Below are positions 8,721 to 13,011 of a stretch of 13,011 bases of DNA, one piece after another (position 1 is the stretch's first letter; the number at the start of each line of letters is the position of its first letter). The DNA lies in contig CDMY01000884.1 in NCBI GenBank assembly GCA_001179505.1, positions 1 through 13,011 on the forward strand, given 5' to 3'. The notes beneath the pieces were generated by a model. That model was not told the DNA's origin, made no database searches, and saw only the letters and a list, made by a program, of their open reading frames with translations. A program made the position numbers and the translations under genes. This DNA comes from Vitrella brassicaformis CCMP3155 (lineage: Eukaryota; Protista; Chromerida).

Positions 8721-10066
8721 TGTATGTATGTATGAAGGCCATTCTGGTGTGCCCCGTGTATGCGGCTGAAGTGGCTCCTGCGGCCATCAGGGGAGCAATC
8801 ATATCTCTGTCAGAGGTGAGCAAAGACACACCCGCCCGACAAGAGACGCATGAGTCTCTGTTGGCATCTCGTATGGGTGTGTGTGTCACAGGTGACGCTG
8901 AATGTGGGCCTGTTCGTCGGCTTCCTGACCAGCAATGCAGTGGCGCACAGCAACCTCCCACGCACACAGGACTGGCGAGTGGTGTTCGCATTCGGCGGAT
9001 TCCTCGCTCTTATCGCTCTCATTCTCTGCCCCTATCTGCCCGAGTCACCCAGGTGGCCCATGACCCGAGACAAGAAAGCCGACGCCATGAGCCCCATCCA
9101 AGCCTTCTGCTCGCCTGGCGAGGCCAGAATGGCCATGGCGACGCTTGAGGAGGAGATAGCCGTGGAGAGGGGGAGAAACGGTCACGATCGGTCGCCATTA
9201 CGGGTGAAGGACTATGTGCAGGTGCTGTGTCCGCGGCGGGAGTACCGGAGTGCGGTTTTGGTGGCGCTGGGCCTGGGGATACTTGAGCAGCTGGTGGCTG
9301 CTGACGTCATGGTCAACTACAGCGAGCTGCTGCTCGGAGAGCTGGGACTTGACCGCGCCATGATTCTCACGGGCACCGAAAGGAGAGAGAGAGAGAGAGA
9401 GAGAGAGGGATAATGAAGGGCCCTGCATTCTCTATCTGCGTGTGTTGGTTTCTGCAGACGGTCATGGCTGCAGGCAAAGTGGTGGCCGTCTGCATCGCAA
9501 TGGCCCTGTGCGACATCATCGGCCGCCGACCCCTACTGCTCTTCTCCCTCTTCATGATGACCGTCAGCTACGGTCACCTCGGCGTCACGCCCTACTTCCT
9601 CACACTCAAGGAGTATCGATCGGAAAAACGCGCCATGCCATTCAGATACTTCGCCCTGGTGGCCTTCATCCTTCTGTGCTCGGCATTCTCTCTCGGCATG
9701 GGGCCGATGGAAAACGTCGTGGGCGCCGAGGTCCTGCCCCTGAAGCTGCGGGCGAAGGGCAACGCCGTGCTGACGCTGCTGAACCGGGTGACGGTGGCTC
9801 TCCTGACTTTCTACTTCCTCTCTCTGAAGGAGGCCATCGGCTTCTCAACCACCATGTACATCTTTGCCGGTGTGTGCCTGGCTGGCGTGTTGTGGGTGCA
9901 CCTGTTCGTGCCGGAGACGGCCAACTATCTGCTGGAGGAGGGGCAGTACCTGGCGCGGCGGCAGAGCACCCAGACGTTCAGGCAGCTGTCCCGCTCGCTG
10001 ACAGGCCTCTCTCGTACACTGACGATTCTCTCGGGTGCTGGTGGTGGTGGTGCATCGCCGCGATAG
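8011..10066 (+). CDS. MFS sugar porter (Sugar_tr family; polyol/inositol/hexose-transporter-like), about 591 aa
   Basis: Exons 8011-8613, 8738-8815, 8892-about 9377, 9458-10066. Signature motifs: DWLGRR, GRAFAGAGMGL|AILVCPVYAAEVAPAAIRG, PESPRW, DIIGRRPLLL, EVLPLKLRAKG, VPETAN; many hydrophobic helices. The donor of intron 3 is non-canonical (see findings). The start ATG is chosen, not proven. Confidence 0.92.
8614..8737 (+). mobile_element. Putative introner-like element, copy B (entire first intron of the sugar porter)
   Basis: Phase-0 GT...AAG intron whose removal restores the conserved GxGLAxxVxPVYxxE motif. Its first 81 nt are identical to minus-strand 3376..3296. Imperfect internal inverted repeat: CATACACACACAGAGAG (8629-8645) vs CTCTCTGTATGTATG (8716-8730). 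Confidence 0.5.
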
Positions 10067-10284
10067 GAGAGATAGATGATTGATTGGTGCATAGGCCATG
10101 TGCATGTGACATTTGCATCAGTTTGACCTCAAGGGCGATGGATAGTATCTTCGGACGTCGTCCTTCGCAGACGCGCGCAAAGCTCGCACAAAAAATGTGT
10201 ATTCCTACGCGTATTCCTGCAACGATGAATGGTTCGCGCGACTCATCTGTGGTTCTCCCTCCCCATCTCGCATCACCGGCAACC

Positions 10285-11971
10285 ATGCGAGGCATCGATG
10301 CAGCCAAGCGGATGGTGGCTGAGCTGGAGAAACAGGCAGGCATCGTCAACGAGCTGAGGACGAACAATGGCGGGCAACTGACAGTCACTGGGCCGCTCGA
10401 TGGGGAGATTGAGGTCAATGTGGGTGGGACGGTGCTGTGTGTGCCTCGCAAGCCGCTGCTGCTGCCCGGCGTGTGTGAGAGCGTCATTGCCTACCTGCTG
10501 CTGTACCATCTGGATGGGCTGCCGAAGGACACAGAGGGCCGCCCATTCCTCGACGCCGATCCAGTCTACCTGGAGTGGTGAGCCAAGCAACACGCACACA
10601 CAGAGGGAGGGTACATATGGTTCTTATTCTTGTGTGTTCTTCCGTGTCAATCAGGTTGCGTGATGAGATTACCAACGTCGGTGTGGCTGATGCGCAGGGC
10701 GAGAGCCACGAGATCGTCCTGAACCCTCCACACGACACCGACGTGTCGTCGCTCTTCTGGCACGAGCTCTTCTTCTCCACCAAGACCGGCCTCGGCACCC
10801 TAGTCACCAAGGACGCCGACGAGTCCGAAGCAGCAGCGACCAGCAAGAACCCCATCGACATCATCAAGGCGAGCGCGTCAGACGTCGAGGCGGCCATGAC
10901 CGACCTGGTCGAAGCTGAGAAAGAGCTCAAGAGATTCCACAGGGCCATCGGGCCATTCTTCAAGTCGCCAGATGGAGATGACGAGATAAGGAGTGTGCGC
11001 GTCCTGGGCAAGACGGTGTCGACCACTGAGGCCACACTGGCGCATGCCGGCCGCGACAAACGACTCTACGCGACGTTCCACAGGTGGGTCACACAACACC
11101 AGACAGATGGGAGAGGCACAATCGTCATGTCTGTGTCCTTCTCTTGTGTCTGCAGTGGTGCGAGTGTGTCTTGTATCCGCCCCGACCACTTCACGAATGT
11201 GGTCGACTTCGCTCGCCGACAGCATTGTGTATCGCCCGGCAGCATCGTCAAGCCACCGACCGCCCAGAATCAGCAGCAGCTGGCCGTCGACTGTGGCATG
11301 TACGGCCTCAGCATGGAGACTGCTAACAGCCCGGTGCTGTGGGCGGATGAGCTGCAATGGATCATCGAAGCGACGGGCAAGCACAACGTCACCACTACAC
11401 GCCTCTTCAAGTGAGCTTTGGCACAGCCGGGTGCGTCTGGACGGCAGTCTGTCTTTGTGTTCATGTGGATCAGGTCCAGTCGTGACGGATTTGGGTATGG
11501 CCCCTTCCTCAACAAGGTGGTGGGCAAGAGCGGCCTACTCTTCGCCCTCCGCGATGGCGACTCACACAGATTCGGGTGCTTCGTCGACGGCCCTCTCACC
11601 CCGCCAGATGACCCCTTACAGACCAACCTCTACGACGTGACCGTCTTCTTCTTTTCGCTGTCGGGTGCGTACGAGACGCCGACCAAGATCGAGATATCCG
11701 AGGAGAGGCAGTCGGTGGAGGTGGCCGGCACACAGGGGGTGGTGAAGACCGACAAGGGCGAGCCGCGTGCGAATATGAGCATCGCTTGCGGCTATCTGTG
11801 GCTCGGATTCGCTCAGCCTGGTCCGGCGGCCGACCTCAGCAGCTGCCACCAGTGGATCAAGAAAGACCTGTTGCCGAACGGCTACAGCTGCTCGATCGAC
11901 AGCAAGGGCAGCGGCACATTGGCGCAGTCCATGAACTTCACGTGCAATGAGATGGAGATATGGCAGGTGGG
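10285..11971 (+). CDS. Second BTB-BTB-TLDc family protein (at least 491 aa, 3' end lost in assembly gap)
   Basis: Exons 10285-10577, 10655-11083, 11156-11410, 11474->11971; three GT-AG introns with compatible phases. Motifs: EVNVGGTVLCVPRKPL...LPKDTEGRPFLDADPVYLEW, VRVLGKTVSTTEATL, RLFKSSRDGF...FGCFVDG...FFFSLSGAYETPTKI...FTCNEMEIWQV. Clearly paralogous to 5222-7253. The start could also be an upstream in-frame ATG (10138 onward). Confidence 0.88.
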
Positions 11972-12271
11972 NNNNNNNNNNNNNNNNNNNNNNNNNNNNN
12001 NNNNNNNNNNNNNNNNNNNNNNNNNNNNNNNNNNNNNNNNNNNNNNNNNNNNNNNNNNNNNNNNNNNNNNNNNNNNNNNNNNNNNNNNNNNNNNNNNNNN
12101 NNNNNNNNNNNNNNNNNNNNNNNNNNNNNNNNNNNNNNNNNNNNNNNNNNNNNNNNNNNNNNNNNNNNNNNNNNNNNNNNNNNNNNNNNNNNNNNNNNNN
12201 NNNNNNNNNNNNNNNNNNNNNNNNNNNNNNNNNNNNNNNNNNNNNNNNNNNNNNNNNNNNNNNNNNNNNNN
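11972..12271. other. Assembly gap (300 N), followed by a 27-G run at 12272-12298
   Basis: Direct reading. Confidence 1.
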
Positions 12272-12465
12272 GGGGGGGGGGGGGGGGGGGGGGGGGGGTA
12301 AGGCAAGGCACATATGGCTGGCTGGCTGTCGATAGCACTGCTGCATGTGTTCTGCGTGCAGGTGGGGAGCGGCTGAACCGATCTGGCAGCACACATAGAA
12401 AGCGGCAGAGACTGGTGACACAACACTGCAGCACACATCATCACACACAGGAGGCAAGCCGACGC

Positions 12466-12466
<1 letters not shown>

Positions 12467-12500
<34 letters not shown>

Positions 12501-12503
12501 TGT
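12467..12503. repeat. (CT)n(GT)n microsatellite ending in TGGTGCAG, typical of a + strand intron 3' end
   Basis: Direct reading; the same pattern occurs in confirmed introns of this window. Confidence 0.7.
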
Positions 12504-13011
12504 GGTGCAGGTAGTATGTGTATACGAAGGGAGAAGGAGCATTGCTACAGCTTGATTGATGGCCGCAGTGTGTAGCCAGCTTCATAGCGACTGACTAAGA
12601 CCCGACAGCATGACGGCCTGATGACTCATTGGTGTCCATGTGCAGACACGATCATGTGTGTGCGTGTCAACCTTTATCCACTGAGGCCTCGTCACTTTGA
12701 TAATCAAAAACTTCCTGACGCTCACTCATTCCATTCAACCCATCCATCCATTCTGTCTGTCTGTCTGTCTGTCTGCGTGTGTCGTTCATTCTTCGTGTGT
12801 CAGCGAGCCGATCGCCACCTGATCCATGGCGTCTCAGCTCGAGACACCAGGCCAGGGGTGAGGTCACGCCTCTGCGACAGACACACGAACAGCCGCCCAG
12901 CACGATGAGCATCGACGTGCGTCTCACGACGGAGGCACATGCTCAGACAAGACAGACACGACTGCATGTAAGTGTGTTTTGGTGGCTCGATTGAGGGGGG
13001 GAGCCATGGCC

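Noticed and set aside
12272-12298. 27-nt poly-G as G-quadruplex or poly-Gly coding tract
   Set aside because: Directly abuts an N gap, a typical contig-end artefact. ORFs spanning the gap are meaningless.
12298-13011. Possible small exons after the gap (+ strand 12362-about 12414 and 12511-12555; minus strand around 12874-12822 and 12720-12670)
   Set aside because: Splice-like signals exist on both strands, but no consistent frame or recognisable protein could be assembled.

Overview
Intron-rich, GC-rich eukaryotic genomic DNA with short (about 60-125 nt) microsatellite-laden introns. The style and gene families suggest an alveolate such as the chromerid Vitrella (inference; no search run). 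Gene models were built by hand by joining ORF-track fragments at phase-compatible splice sites. Left to right: (1) 5' end of a minus-strand BTB-TLDc gene leaving the window; (2) tRNA-Arg(CCG); (3) a 5-exon TenA/THI-4-like gene lacking the catalytic residues; (4) a minus-strand, roughly 12-exon, signal-peptide-bearing divergent protein kinase; (5) a BTB-BTB-TLDc gene with a 2-nt frameshift, exposed by its inverted near-identical paralog at the window start; (6) an MFS sugar-porter gene; (7) a second BTB-BTB-TLDc paralog running into a 300-N gap; (8) an unresolved tail. The most striking signal is that an intron of the kinase gene and an intron of the unrelated sugar transporter share 81 identical nucleotides starting exactly at the GT donor, which looks like an introner-type mobile intron. 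Other intron signals accompany it: different intron positions between paralogs, three GC-AG introns, a probable GA donor, and self-complementary intron ends. Assembly artefact remains a live alternative for several of these observations.
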